A DNA stretch of 64,000 nucleotides from Heteronotia binoei (taxonomy: Eukaryota): assembly GCF_032191835.1 (NCBI RefSeq), contig NC_083240.1, positions 37,758,001 to 37,822,000 on the forward strand. The letters run 5' to 3'. This document shows, piece by piece, positions 45,001 through 58,630 of this stretch. Numbering within the stretch: the first letter of the stretch is position 1; each line of letters starts with the position of its first letter. The notes under the pieces are model-generated. The model made no database searches. It was not told where the DNA came from and saw only the letters and a program-made list of their open reading frames with translations. Position numbers and translations under genes: made by a program.

Positions 45001-46883
45001 GGGAACACTGGTCCCCACCCTATGTCCTGTGTAATTGCTGTGGGGTGTCAAATATTGTCTATCAGGGATCTTTTCAGGTCAGAAAAGGAGACAAGTTATT
45101 TTTTCACATGTACCACAGTCACCATCTGAAACCAACACCAAGCTCAAAGGAACTGAGAAGAACTTACACCCAGTTGGTATAGAGAGCCTAGGGTAGGGAA
45201 TGGGTGCAGTGGCCATTGGTCAGTTGTCCTCCTTGTCTCCATGAAGAGAGAAAGGAATGTCTACTCAGCATGTTTCTAAACTGGTCCCTGCACTCTTTCT
45301 CTTGCTGTGATCCAATGTGCGGCTTAGGCAAGGAAATGGGTTGAAAGGAAGTAGGTCAAAACAGAACACCCGGTGGAAGTCTGTGTATGATGGGCGGCTG
45401 TGGGAACCGTGTCAGAGGCAAGTCACTTCAGGATGTGGTCCACAGCATGGTTGCAACAACACCCTGCACGGGTGAGAGAAAGGGCACACATCCACACTGG
45501 TTAAAATGTGGTCAAAAGTTATTATGATCGTATGCGGTTATTTGCAGCAAAAAATGCTCTTGACTTTGATTTTTTTTATTTAAAGTTCTCAGCAGGCCGA
45601 GGTGGCTTCCACACAGGCTCCCCCCCCACACACACACACGGGGCGTAGAATATGCCAAGGGACTTTGACTCGGAATGTCCCTTTGGCCAGATTTTTTAAA
45701 ATGCCCACCGTGATCTGGTTCAAGGGAGGAAGTGTGAAGTGGCTGTCAGCAGAACATCCGTGTGGATTGCGGGGAGGGGGCTTGAGCTAACTCCCCATCA
45801 TGTGGAGGCTGGCATTCCTAAATATACCAAACTCATCTTTGCCTCTACGCTTTTGTGCAGGTGTGATGGGCAACACAGACAAATGTGCAGTGGGAATGGG
45901 AGCAGCCGAGAGACCAGGAAGTATCTGGGGTTGCCTCATCCTGCCCCAGCTGTTGCCATGGCAGGGATACATTTTTGCACCCCCATGTGGAAGCAGCCAG
46001 AGACCAGACCCCCATGTCCACTATGCATGGAAATATCTGTAGCGGAAGCCCAATAGTCTTGCCATGTTAAGTGGAAAGCTAGATCCTGTTACATGTTAAG
46101 TGGAAAGCTAGGAACAAAAACAAACCTGATGGCAGCCATGTATGTTTACCTGTGTCATGTGTCAACACACGGGTCTTGTTCTGAATACATCTGAAATAGC
46201 CTTATAACGTTCGTTACCCGCAGTGCAATCCTGTATGCTTTGCCCAGGAAATAAGCCCAGAGTAGGAATTAATTCTGTGTAGAAATGCTTAACGTTTGTT
46301 ACAGATCTGCTCCCCACCGCCTGTTAACTGGGAACCTCAATCTTAACTTAAAGGTGGAGGCTGCGGTCTAGCAGGCAGGGGGTTAGGTGTGGAATTTAGG
46401 TTCAAATCTCTGCTCAGAGCCAGAAAAAGACAAAGATAAATGCCACGTACTGCCACAAGTTGGACTGACACTGATTAATATCACTAATCAATGCTTTTAG
46501 CAGCATTTTTTAAATGAGAAAGGCAAGTTTCTTTCTGGACAAGTTATCCCTTTTAAAAATTATAATAACCATCCAAGGACCACGGTTTTGATTAACATTA
46601 TCAAGCAGGGGTTGATGGGTGAAATCCCCTCTCTCTGTCCTGTGCGGCCCCTCTCCAAATCAGGACCACACTTACTTGCAGTTTACTTCTCACAAGGAAA
46701 TTGATTTGGACTTTGAAATTGTCACTAACTTTTGGCCCAGTCTACCTTTCAGGGCTGTCGTGAAGGAAGAGAATGGAATAACTGCACATATGCTGCCAGG
46801 TAGGAAGGGCAGGAATTGAATAAACTGATTGCGATTGTGCTTTTCATTGCGATTATTCCTCTTGTTGCTAAGTAGTTTTACTC

Positions 46884-47165
46884 AAGAAGAAGAAGAAGAT
46901 ATTGGATTTATATCCCGCCCTCCACTCCGAAGAGCCTCAGAGCGGCTCACAATCTCCTTTACCCCCCCCCCCCGACAACAGACACCCTGTGAGGTGGGTG
47001 GGGCTGGAGAGGGCTCTCACAGCAGCTGCCCTTTCAAGGACAACCTCTGCCAGAGCTATGGCTGACCCAAGGCCATGCCAGCAGGTGCAAGTGGAGGAGT
47101 GGGGAATGAAACCCGGTTCTCCCAGATAAGAGTCCGCACACTTAACCACTACACCAAACTGGCTC
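46884..47165 (-). mobile_element. Squam3-like SINE
   Basis: Full-length reverse-complement copy. Confidence 0.88.
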
Positions 47166-47801
47166 ATGGGAGAGAGATCCCATTCCATTCCAAAAAAATT
47201 AGAAATCATTCCTACACTTTAAAAAAAAATTAATAGATTTTATTGAATCTAATCCAATACAAGGGGAACATAGGAAAAATAAATAACAGAAATATAAATC
47301 TAACATACAAGAATCCAATTTAGATCATTAGATGCATATAACAAACCATTTACAAAAAAACAATACATAATATGCTAGGTATTAAGAATTAAGAAAAAGC
47401 CTACAATTCATTCTATTAGGCAAAAAAGGAAATATTCCCAAAGAATTCCAAACCTGGGGCCCAAAGCAAATCGTAATCTATAGCCAAATCAGTAATTTTC
47501 AAAAAAAAGGGTTATCCATTGCCTTACCCATTACATACTGGTCCCCTAACTTATAGTGGGAGTATGTGGGGGTTTCCAATTTTTAGCAGTCGTCATATTA
47601 TTATCATTATTATTTTATTTCTATTCTGCCCCTTCCCTCGTTTTTGGGGGTGCAGAGCGGAGTACAACAATTTAAATTAAAATCACAATAAAATCATACA
47701 AACTATTGCCAATATTGTCAAGATTAAAGATTCCTGATTTTTTTCTAAATATCAGGCCCAAATTCTACACCCGTAAAGGCCCAAATCCCACGCCTGTTGA
47801 C

Positions 47802-48017
47802 CAGTGTTCCCTCTAAGCTGAGTTAGCGTGAGCTAGCTCACAGGTTTTTAGCCTCCAGATCACACATTTTTGTCTTAGCTCAGGAAGGATGACCCCAGAG
47901 CACACTACTCGATGCAGCGGCTCCCAACTTTAATGCCAGCATCTCACAGCTTTAATACCAGTAGCTCGCAAAGTGGAATTTTTGCTCACAAGACTCTGCG
48001 GCTTGGAGGGAACATTG
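47802..48017. mobile_element. hAT MITE, same family
   Basis: Perfect 8-bp TSD CTGTTGAC. Confidence 0.92.
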
Positions 48018-48686
48018 CTGTTGACCCAAAAGTGAATTGCACTGCCGTTCGCTAAGTGAGGGTGTGGTCATCCATTCCTGAGCTAAGACAAAAATGTGTG
48101 AGCTGGTGGAGACTAAAAATCTGCAAGCTAGCTCATGCTCACTCAGCTTAGAGGGAACACTGGTGTGTAGAACTATCCAGAAGACCCAGGGTTGCCCAAC
48201 ATCTGGAGAGAGAAAAATATCCTGCCCCTTTAAGAGAGGCTGAAGGGGCTGTTATTTACCAGGTGATGCTATTTACCTCCCTGCCCTGAAAAGATTCAGC
48301 TGCCCATCTCCACGCATTTCCTCTGTTAAAGAGACAGGACCGTTTCCTCCAGGCCTGTTGGTAACCCTCCTTGCCGGATGCCATCGCTGGTTCCTACCGA
48401 AGGTGGTTTTTCGGCATGCCTCGCCTGTCAGTCCGCATTCCTCAGCGGCTGCTGCTGCAGTGCTCTCCTCTAGCGCTCCTTCTCTCTGCGCCTGGGAGCA
48501 GCTGAACAAGACCGAGAGAGGCGGAGCAGGCGGGGGAGAAAGAGCCACCTTCCCCGGGACTCTCTCTCGCCAGCTGATGGTTCAGGTTCTGGCGCCAGGC
48601 ACGTGGGGCTGCTTGTCTCTTCCGGAGCTGTCCTTTCCCCCACCGCCTCCTTCAGATGTGCCTTGGGTGCCCAGCCAGCCGGGAGG

Positions 48687-48823
48687 ATGGGGCAGATCGC
48701 CTGGAAAGCCTTGTGCTTGTCGCTGTTTGACTACAAGACGGAGAAATATGTCATCGCCAAGAACAAGAAAGTGGGGATTCTCTACCGAGCCGTCCAGTTG
48801 TCCATCATGGCCTACATCGTGGG
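48687..48823 (+). CDS. P2RX5: P2X purinoceptor 5, coding exon 1
   Basis: [46 protein letters not shown] matches the P2X5 N-terminus/TM1; 137 nt then GTAAGG donor. Confidence 0.96.
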
Positions 48824-48880
48824 GTAAGGCTGGCTCTGCTTCTGCAGCTGTGAGAGATTAACAGAAGGAAGGCTGGTCGA

Positions 48881-48991
48881 GATTCCCTCATCTGATTGAG
48901 ATGGGATTCTCTCATCTGATTGAGATGAGAGTCCCTCATCTGATTGAGATGAGAGTCCCTCATCTGATTGAGATGAGAGTCCCTCATCTGA
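48881..48991. repeat. 24-bp minisatellite x4.6, each unit a CTCATCT-GATTG-AGATGAG hairpin
   Basis: Direct reading; unit GAGTCCCTCATCTGATTGAGATGA. Confidence 0.95.
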
Positions 48992-50918
48992 CAGGATGGT
49001 GCCCTGTTTGTGAGCTACCCCCCCCCCCCCATAAAGGGCAGCTGGCTTTTCGCCACTGAAAACAGAACCCTGGGCGGCATGGACCTTTGGTCCGATCCTG
49101 CGACGCTGTTCTTACGATCTGGTGAACAAGGGAGAGAATCAAGTGTAATTTTGAGATGGTGGTCTTTGCCTCCAATGCGGAGCATGCTGATCGCTGGGTC
49201 CTGTGGGATTCAGCACGGTTCCTGTGTAGTTGTACCGGATCAGTTGTTCCTTGTCTGGAAGCACGGGAAAGGTTGGCTGCTGACAGTTTGGTGTAGTGGT
49301 TAAGTGCGCAGACTCTTATCTGGGAGAACCGGGTTTGATTCCCCACTCCTCCACTTACAGCTGCTGGAATGGCCTTGAGTCAGCCAGAGCTCTCACAGGA
49401 GTTGTCCTTGAAAGGGCAGCTGCTGGGAGAGCCCTCTCAGCCCCACCTACCTCACAGGGTGTCTGTTGTGGGGGGAGAAAATATAGGAGATTGTAAGCCG
49501 CCCTGAGTCTCTGATTCAGAGAGAAGGGTGTGGTATAAATCTGCAGTCTTCTTTTCTTTGTGTGGTAGACTTGCCTGCCTGCACCAGTGTTTCCCCGGGG
49601 GTCACTATCCCATCAGAGATGAACACGAAGGTTTCTGATAACACAAGGAAAACCCTAAGAAAACCTGCGCTCTCTGTGCCGCCCCAGTGTGTGTTAGCTG
49701 CATGTGAGGAGGCTCCCTTCTTCTCTCCTTTGCCCGTTGTGCAAACATGTGGCACGTACACCTTTGGCATGCAAAGTCCATTAGCTTTTAATAAGGTTTA
49801 AACAGGTCTGTCAACATGGCCATTAGCCATGATGACTACATAGAACCTCCAGATTCAGAGGTAGTGTACCTCTCAGTGACAGCAGCTACTGGAGGAAAAC
49901 AGTGAAGAAGAAGATTTGCAGATTTATACCCCGCCCTTCTCTCTGAATCAGAGACTCAGAGTGGCTTATCTTCTCCCTCCACAACAGACACCCTGTGAGG
50001 TGGGTGGGGCTGAGAGGGCTCTCACACCAGCTGCCCTTTCAAGGACAACCTCTGCCAGAGCTATGGCTGTCCCAAGGCCATTCCAGCAGGTGCAGGTGGA
50101 GGAGTGGGGAATCAAACCCAGTTCTCCCAGATAAGAGAGCTATGGCTGACCCAAGGCCATTCCAGCAGCTGCAAGTGGAGGAGTGGGGGAATCAAACCTG
50201 GTTCTCCCAGATAAGAGTCTGCACACTTAACCACTACACCAAACTGGCTGGCTGGAAAGGCCTTCGTGTCCAGTTCCTGGGCTTTCCAGAGGCACTTGGC
50301 TGTGTGCGCTGTTGGAAATAGGGTGGGCATACTTAGCTGTAGCCCTCTTCTTCTGCCATTTTTAAACATAATTTTTGTGTCACTTTTGAACAAATGGAGC
50401 AAAAGAAGCAAACAAATTGGGAACAGCATCTGCAAAGAAAGAAATGGGGAATGAGGCAATCTGTACAGCCGTCTTTCAGACAACAGCGCTATTTGGGAAC
50501 GTTTCTTGACAGTAGTACCCTTATTACCTTCTCTAGACCAAGGGTCCCCAACCTTTTTGGCACCAGGGTCCGGTTTTGTGGAAGACAATTTTTCCATGGA
50601 CCCAGGTGGGGTGTGGGGAGTGATGGTTTCAGGAAGATACAATTGTGCACTTTATTTCTATTAGTTTGGTGTAGTGGTTAAGCATGCGAATTCTTATCTG
50701 GGAGAACTGGGTTTGATTCCCCACTTCTCCATTTGCAGCTGCTGGAATGGCCTTGGGTCAGCCATAGCTCTCGCAGGAGTTGTCCTTAAAAGGGCAGCTT
50801 CTGTCAGAGCCCTCTCAGCCCCACCTACCTCACAGGGTGTCTGTTGTGGGGGAAGAAGATAAAGGAGATTGTAAGCCACTCTGAGACTCTGAGATTCGGA
50901 GTGGAGGGCGGGATACAA

Positions 50919-51070
50919 NNNNNNNNNNNNNNNNNNNNNNNNNNNNNNNNNNNNNNNNNNNNNNNNNNNNNNNNNNNNNNNNNNNNNNNNNNNNNNNNNN
51001 NNNNNNNNNNNNNNNNNNNNNNNNNNNNNNNNNNNNNNNNNNNNNNNNNNNNNNNNNNNNNNNNNNNNNN
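50919..51070. other. Assembly gap (152 N)
   Basis: N run beginning inside a SINE 3' end. Confidence 1.
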
Positions 51071-51738
51071 GCCATCATGCTTGTGGCTGATAGCCTCTGT
51101 AGCCAGGCTTTCCGCACATGCCCAGATTGCTGTAGTCGGAGGTGCTAGTGCAGGATTCGTATAACAAGGAGGTTGAACTGCTGGGGCAGGGGGTCTGGCT
51201 GAGTCCAGCCAGCAATGCGCATCAAAAGGAGAAAGACACACAGAGCAGCAGCAGGCACCGACGTTTCTGCCGGGTTAGCTCATCAACATTAGCAATCGTT
51301 TCGTCTTTTCTGTGTCCGCGTTCTATGCCCCGTCTGTCAAGATTAACCCTGCGGACGGACAAAGAGTTTCCATTGCAGAATCATTCGACAGTCAGTTGAT
51401 CAAATTAAACTAAAATGCCCTTACATGTCCCCACCCCCACCCCGACTTTCATGAGGTTCAGGCTGAACAAACTGACAGCAAATTCAGTCAGGGCTTGTGG
51501 AGCTCTCCTGCAATCCACCCCTCCCCTCTCACACCCCCCCCCCCGCTATTGCGCTTAATTTCCGGCCTATTTCCAGTTTTCCACTAGGGACAAATAAAGA
51601 ACTGGGGTGCTCCAGTTATGAGATGCAAAACATGGTACCCCAAGAGAATTCACCTCCCACTTCCTGCCTGTGCGGTGTGTTTTATCACCCTGTTGTGAGA
51701 AGAAGAGATTGGATTTATACCCTCCCCTTTACTAACCA

Positions 51739-52044
51739 GCGGCCCCGTGGCGCAGAGTGGTAAAACAGCAGTACTGCAGTACTGAACTCTCTGAACTCTC
51801 TGCTCACGACCTGAGTTCGATTACGGCGGAAGCTGGATTCAGGTAGCGGCCCAAGGTTGACTCAGCCTTCCATCCTTCTGAGGTTGGTAAAAGGAGTACC
51901 CAGCTTGCTGGGGGGAAAGTGTAAAAAGACTGGGGAAGGCAATGGCAAACCACCCCATTAAAAAGTCTGCCGTGAAAACATTGTGAAGCAACGTCACCCC
52001 AGAGTTGGAAACAACTGGTGCTTGCACAGGGGACTTTTCCTTTT
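51739..52044 (+). mobile_element. Sauria SINE inserted into an older Squam3-like SINE
   Basis: 12-bp TSD CTTTACTAACCA at 51727-51738 and 52045-52056. Confidence 0.9.
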
Positions 52045-54517
52045 CTTTACTAACCAAAGGAGTCTCAGAGCACTTAAAAATCCCCTTTCCCTCCTCACAG
52101 CAGACACCCTGTGAGGGTGGGGCTGAGAGAGCTCTGACATAAACTAGCTCTTGAGAGGAAAAGCTCTGGCGAGAACTTGTGACTGACTCAAAGTCACATC
52201 AGCAGGTGCTAAAATCAGATCTGCCTCTGAGAGCCAGTTTGGTGTGGTTAAGTATGTGGACTCTTATTTGGGAGAACCAGGTTTGATTCCCCACTCCTCC
52301 ACTTGCAGCTGCTGGAATGACCTTGGGTTAGCCATAGCTCTCACAGTGGTTGTCCTTGAAAGAACAGCTGCTGGGAGAGCCCTCTCAGCCTCACCCACCT
52401 CACAGGGTGTCTGTTGTGGGGGAGGAAGGTAAAGGAGATTGTGAGCCACTCCGAGATTCAGAGTATAGGGCGGGTTATAAATCCAATATCTTCTTCTTCA
52501 TATAGAGGAGTGGGGAATCAACCCTGGTTCTCCCAGATAAGAGTCCGCACAATTAACCATCATACCACACTGGCTCTCAGAGGCAGATCTGATTTTAGCA
52601 CACAGGTTACTGGTATGCTGGCTAAATCACCCTTGCAATGAAGAAGGAGCTTAAGAACATCAGGAGAGCCTTCCTAAATCAGGCTGGAGGCCCATCGATT
52701 GCAGCATCACTCTTTTTCCCACAGCACCCAACTGGATGTTCCGGAAGCCCCACAAGCAGAGCTCCCCACACTGAGTGTCTGTTATTCAAAGGTTTAGAAG
52801 AAGAAGACGACTGCAGATTTATACCCCATCTCCCTCTCTAAATCAGAGACTCAGAGCGGCTTAGTCTCCTATGTCTTCTCCCCCGACAACAGACACCCTG
52901 TGAGGTGGGTGGGGCTGAGAGGGCACTTGTAGCAGCTGCCCTTTCAAGGACAATTTCTGTGATAGCTGTGGCTAACCCAAGGCCATTCCATCAGCTGCAA
53001 GTGGAGGAGTGGGGAATAAGATATAAGAGTCTGCAGACTTAACCACTGTGCCAAACTGGCTCTCTCCCCCTCTACATTGAGGTTCCATTCAGTCATGACC
53101 AATAGCCATTTTCCCTTTAAGTTGTCTTTTCAAGACAATTAAGCCATTGCAATGTCCTGTGGCAATTCGTTCAACAAATTAACTATGAGTTTTGTGGATA
53201 AGTGTTCCCTTTGGGAGGGGCTATGGCTCAGTGAAGAAAAGAGAGAAGAGGCTGTTGGATTTATACCCCGCCCATCACTCAGAGTCCCAAAGTGGTTTAC
53301 AATCTCCTTTCCCTTCCCCTCCCCACAACAGACACCTTGTGAAGTAGGTGGGGCTGAGAGAGCTCAGACTGAGAACTGCTCTTGAGAGAACAGCTCTGAG
53401 AGAACTGGGGCTGGCCCAAGGTCATCCAGCTGGCTGCATGTGCAGGAGTGGGGGAAGCAAAACCGGTTCTCCAGATTAGAGTCTGCACAATGAACTACTA
53501 CACCAAATGGTAGAGGATCTGTTTGGCGTGCAAAAAGTTGCAGGTTCAATCCTGGTAGCTCCAGTTAAAAGCTCTGGTGGTAGGTGAGGAGAAAAACCTC
53601 AGCCTGAGACCCTGGAGAGCTGCTGCCAGTCCAAGTAGACAAGACTGACTTTGATGGACCCAGGGCTTTTCTAATAGCAGGAACTCCTTTGTATATTAGG
53701 CAACACTAGGGTTGCCAAGACCAATTCGAGAAATATCTTGAAACACCTTTTTAAATGCCTTCCTTCCATAGGAAATAATAAAGGATAGGAGCAACTTCTT
53801 TGGGGGCTCATAGAATGGGACCCCCTGGTCCAATCTTTTTGAAACTTGGGGGGGGGGGGTATTCTGGGGAGAAGCACTGAAAGCTATACTAAAAACCTTG
53901 TGCCTCTACCTCAAAAAACAGCCCCCTTAGAGCCCCAGATAACCACGGATTAATTCTCCATTATTTCCTATGGGAATAAGTCTCCATAGGAAATAGTAGA
54001 GTTCCTAGCAGACATTTCCCTCTCCTCCCCCCGCTTTCTGATGACCCTGAAGTGGGGGGAGGGCCTCCAAACTGGGGGATCCCCTGCCCCCACCTGGGGA
54101 TTGGCAACCCTATCTCCCGCTATTCCAACTGATCTCCAGCTCCCCTGGAGAAAATGGCTGCTCTCGGTGGCATTTGTACCCTGCTGACGTCCCTCTCCTC
54201 CTTAAACCCTGCCCTCTCCAGACTCTACCGTCCAAATGTTCATGTATTTCCCCACCCAGAGCTGGCAACCAGAGGCTCAGGCCGTATCTGCCCTGCCCTG
54301 TAGATAGAATGCTTTAATCATGATATCTTCTCCTCAAGGTGCGCTTGGGATTGCTACTTTGGGGTGGGGGAGGATTAACGAAGAATGTTTAGGGCCTATA
54401 ACAAGCAACAATTCCCAGAATTTGGAAAGGAGAGAGATAAATCATAACCGTTAAACTAAAACAGAACCGGTCTGTACAACGAGGCTTTTCTTTTTTGTAT
54501 AAATACAGTGTCACAAG

Positions 54518-54713
54518 CAATGTTCCCTCTAAACTGCAGAGTCTTGTGAGGAAAAATTCTACTTTGTGAGCGACTGGCATTAAAATGGTGAGCTACTATA
54601 TAAATTAGTGTGCTCTGGGGGGTCATCCTTCCTGAGGTAAGACAAAAATGTGTGAGCTGGAAGCCCAAAATCTGTGAGCTAGCTCATGCTCACTCAGCTT
54701 AGAAGGATCACTG
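54518..54713. mobile_element. hAT MITE, same family
   Basis: Perfect 8-bp TSD GTCACAAG. Confidence 0.92.
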
Positions 54714-57700
54714 GTCACAAGCCTTTTCATTTCTGGCATTCCTGACTTGTTTGCTCCACACATAACCTTTACGCATTTAAGGCAAAAACAGGCATCATTT
54801 CAACAGCAATTATTCTTCCAAAAATTATTACTACAGCTTGGGGGGGGGGGTGGGAGGGGAGAGACCTGAAGTATCATGTTAAGGGTGGAGCAAACTCATG
54901 TCAGGAACCGGGTTGGTTTTCAAATCGAAACAGCGTGGCCATGACATTTGGCCACCTCACAAATGTACCTTCACTAGGGTTGCCATATGAAGTGGGCACG
55001 CCCCCCCTTTCCAGCAGTCCCTAACCCCCATCAGTGCTCAGTGGAGTGGCGAGGAGGAATGGTGTCACACAACACCACTACATCACTTCTGAGGAGGAAG
55101 TGACATCTATGCTTTGTGCAATGCTCTAGGAATGTTCCCGATCGCTATTGTTTTTACTATAGAGCTCAGGGGAAATTCTAGAGTGTTGTGCAACACAGGG
55201 CCATCACTTCCAGGTTCCTAGCCAGAAATGATATTGTGACATCACACAGTGCCATTTTTCCAGTATCTGTCAACAAAACGTTCCTCCCCCTGCTGTTGAG
55301 CCAAGAGTGGGAATCCTAACTTCCATTCTATTCCAACCCCTCCACTGTCTTTCTACTTATTTAAAAGCTGAAAGCCAGTGATACATGGGACTGTGATGTT
55401 GTGGGTTTTTTTTTGTTTTTTACATTTTTACTAGCCAGTTTGGTGTAGTGGTTAAGTGTGCGGACTCTTATCTGGGAGAACCGGGTTTGATTCCCCACTC
55501 CTCCACTTGCACCTGCTGGAATGGCCTTGGGTCAGCCATAGCTCTTGCAGGGCTGTCCTTGAAAGGGCAGCTTCTGTCAGCATTCTCTCAGCCCCATCTA
55601 CCTCACCGGGTGTTTGTTGTGGAGGAGGAAGGTAAAGGACATTGTGGGTCACCCTGAGATTCGGAATGGAGGGCGGGATATAAATCCCATATCTTCATCT
55701 TCTTCTTCTTCTACTCCGCCTTCCTTCTCAATGGGGAGCCAAAGCAGCTTGCATCATTCTCCTCTCCTCTTATTGTTATTGTTATAATATGGTGCAGTAT
55801 AGCCAGGAGATCCTAAGATTGACTGGCAGCCAGAAGTTCTAGCTCTTTTTAGTGTAATGCACCAGTAGGTGGCGAGCTAGATGTTTTTAAGGCAAGAGAC
55901 CATCAGAGGTGGCTTGCCGTTGCCAGCCTGTGCCTCACAACCCTGGTATTTCTTGGAGGTCGCCCTTCCAAATACTAGGCAGGGCTGACCCTGCTTAGCT
56001 TCTGAGATTTGATGAGACTGGGCTAGCCTGGGCTATTCAGGTCAGGGGTCCTTTCCTCTGTTTTATCCTCACAACAACCCTGTGAGGTAGGTGAGGCCAA
56101 GAGTGTGTGACTGACCCAAGGTCGCCCACCAAGCTTCTACGGCAGAGGCTAGGATTAGGACCTGGGATTAGGACCCTAGTCTGATACTTTAACCACTGCA
56201 CCAAACTGGCTCTCCCGCACGCTAGCTGAAAGCCAGTGATCCCTGGGACAGTGATAGTCTCTGCAGAGAGTAGTTGCTCTTTCGGTAGCACCAGCTGTCT
56301 GTTTGGCGTTGGAGGGAAATCAAAACCATCCTGCAAAGCCTCCATTTGGCGCAGGATGGGTTGCTATGGGAGCAGCTTTACCACCTCATGTTAATTATAT
56401 CTGTGGGCAAAGAATGCTTTTCCGCATTCTTCCCCGGTTGCTCTAACCTGCTGCTGAAGCGAAGGAAGCGGCGACCTCTCAGCTGAGGGAGGAAGCGTTT
56501 GGACCCAATGTGACTCTGGGCCACGTTCCCACACATCCTGGTTGTCCCTACAGCATTCTGGTTTGTGGTTACCACCAAAGCATCTGCTCAGGCAAGCCTC
56601 GGGAGTCAGCTGGCTGGATGCTGGATGCTTTGGAGGCTCCTGCGTGTCTCAGCCCTGCAGCTTGTGCCCTGGGAAGTGTGAGTGAGATGTCTACTGCAAC
56701 TGCAGAAACTGGAGGGAGGCTGATGAAGGATTTTGGCAACTGGGACAGAGCTTTGATGCCCGGCCAAATTTTATGCTTTTCACCCCATGCCCATCTAAAG
56801 AGGAGGGATGATGCAAGGGTGCACATTGTTTATGCTGGACTGCCAATGCAGTTTGGACCATCTGTGCCCAGATAACCTTTTCTCTTTTGTAAGCAACGGT
56901 AGACACTGCTCTGTCTGCAGAGAGCTTTTGAGAGCCAGTTTGGTGCAGCGGTTAAGTGTGCGGACTCTTATCTGGGAGAACCGGGTTTGATTCCCCGCTC
57001 CTCCACTTGCAGCTGCTGGCATGGCCTTGGGTCAGCCATAGCTCTGGCAGAGGTTGTCCTTGAAAGGGCAGCTGCCGGGAGAGCCCTCTCAGCCCCACCC
57101 ACCTCACAGAGTGTCTGTTGTGGGGGAGGAAGATAAAGGAGATGGTGAGCCGCTCTGAAATTGGGAGAGGAGGGCAGGATATAAATCCAATATCATCATT
57201 ATCATCATCACTATTGATTCACACTTGGGCTTTAAGGAAGAGGAAATGACTATTGTCTGTGTCAGCGGCTCTGCCAGCACTCGGAAACGGAAGCATCACT
57301 TTTATGTCTTGGGATGCTGCTCAGCATGCCTGGTGATGTCAACAGTGGCATTTAATGGTATCCCAGGTTCATTCCTTGCCCAAACAGATGTTGACACCAG
57401 CAGATGTTGGAGGAAGGCAGCCTAGTGGCCAGGACTGGATTGTCATGTTTGTTGAGAGGGGGCAAAATTAAAAAATGGCACCCCCTATGGGCCATATGAT
57501 CTTATGGTCCCATAGAATACAATGGACTCCATGTCCAATTTGGCACCCCCCTCTGTTGGCGCCCAGGGCAAGCATCCCCCTTTGCCCCCCCCCCCCCCCC
57601 CCCCAGATCTGGCCCTGCTAGTGGCTGTTCCGGGGACTTTGACAGCCACCTTTACCAGGCAAAACTTCTTCTCTGACTTGTTTTGTCCCGTCTGTGTCAG

Positions 57701-58479
57701 GCATGGAATCAGAGTGAGGAGAAAGAGCCAAAGGAGTGAACTGTGTTAGTCCGTTGTTGCAAAATAGTAAATAGCCCAGTAGCATCTTTGAGACGCACAA
57801 ATTTTATTGTAGCATAAGCGTGAAGAAACACAGCTCTCTTTGTCAGAAAGGAGAGAGGGATCGAGGATATCTAAAAATCCAAATATCTCTAAAAATCCAA
57901 ATGAGTCTGAGCCTTCCCCCAAGGGGAAACTGATGGCCACTTAGGAGGTTTGGAGGCCCTCCCCCCTCCGCTTCAGGGTTGTCAGAAAGCGGGGGGAAGG
58001 GAGGAAAATGTCTGTTGGGAACTCTGTTATTCCCTATGGAGATTTATTCCCATAGAAAATCATGGAGAATTGATCCACGGGTATCTGGGGCTCTGAGGGG
58101 GCTGTTTTTTGGGATAGAAGCACCAAATTTTCAGTATAGCATCTAGTGCCTCTCCCCAAAATACCCCCCAAGTTTCAAAAGGATTGGACCAGGGGGTTCA
58201 ATTCTATGAGCCCCAAAAGAAGGTGCCCCTATCCTTCATTATTTCCTATGGAAGGAAGGAATTGAAAAGGTGTGCGTCCCTTTAAATGTGATGGCCAGAA
58301 CTCCCTTTGGAGTTCAATTATGCTTGTCACAGCCTTGATCTTGGCTCCACCCCCAATGCCTCCTGACTCCACCCCCAAAGTCTCCTGGCTCCACCCCCAA
58401 AGTCCCCAGATATTTCTTGAATTGGACTTGGCAACCCTAAAACCAGTTCACTGTTGCATCTCTTTTTGTGGCTTTCCAG

Positions 58480-58630
58480 GTGGGTGTTTGTGGTCAAGAA
58501 AGGCTACCAAGATGTGGACACGTCCATCCAGAGTTCTGTCATCACCAAGGTGAAAGGCGTGGCCTTCACCAACACCTCTGAGCTGGGGGAACGACTCTGG
58601 GATGTTGCCGACTACGTCATCCCCTCGCAG
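58480..58630 (+). CDS. P2RX5: P2X purinoceptor 5, exon 2
   Basis: tttccag/GTACTG boundaries, 151 nt, phase matches exon 1; WVFVVKKGYQDVDTSIQSSVITKVKGVAFTNTSELGERLWDVADYVIPSQ. Confidence 0.96.

Larger units (their letters stand above)
49284..57212. mobile_element. Dense cluster of Squam3-like SINEs in P2RX5 intron 1
   Basis: Approximate copies: 49284-49556(+), 49905-50250(-, internal duplication), 50664-50918(+), 52230-52500(+), 52797-53063(-), 53243-53507(-), 55434-55712(+), 56931-57212(+). Confidence 0.85.

Noticed and set aside
46063-46111. 20-bp direct repeat CATGTTAAGTGGAAAGCTAG, and a similar 31-bp repeat at 16347-16423
   Set aside because: Small local slippage or repair duplications with nothing to suggest function
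48881-48991. CRISPR-like array of palindromic 24-bp repeats
   Set aside because: The repeats are head-to-tail with no unique spacers, there are no cas genes, and the context is a vertebrate intron; it is a minisatellite
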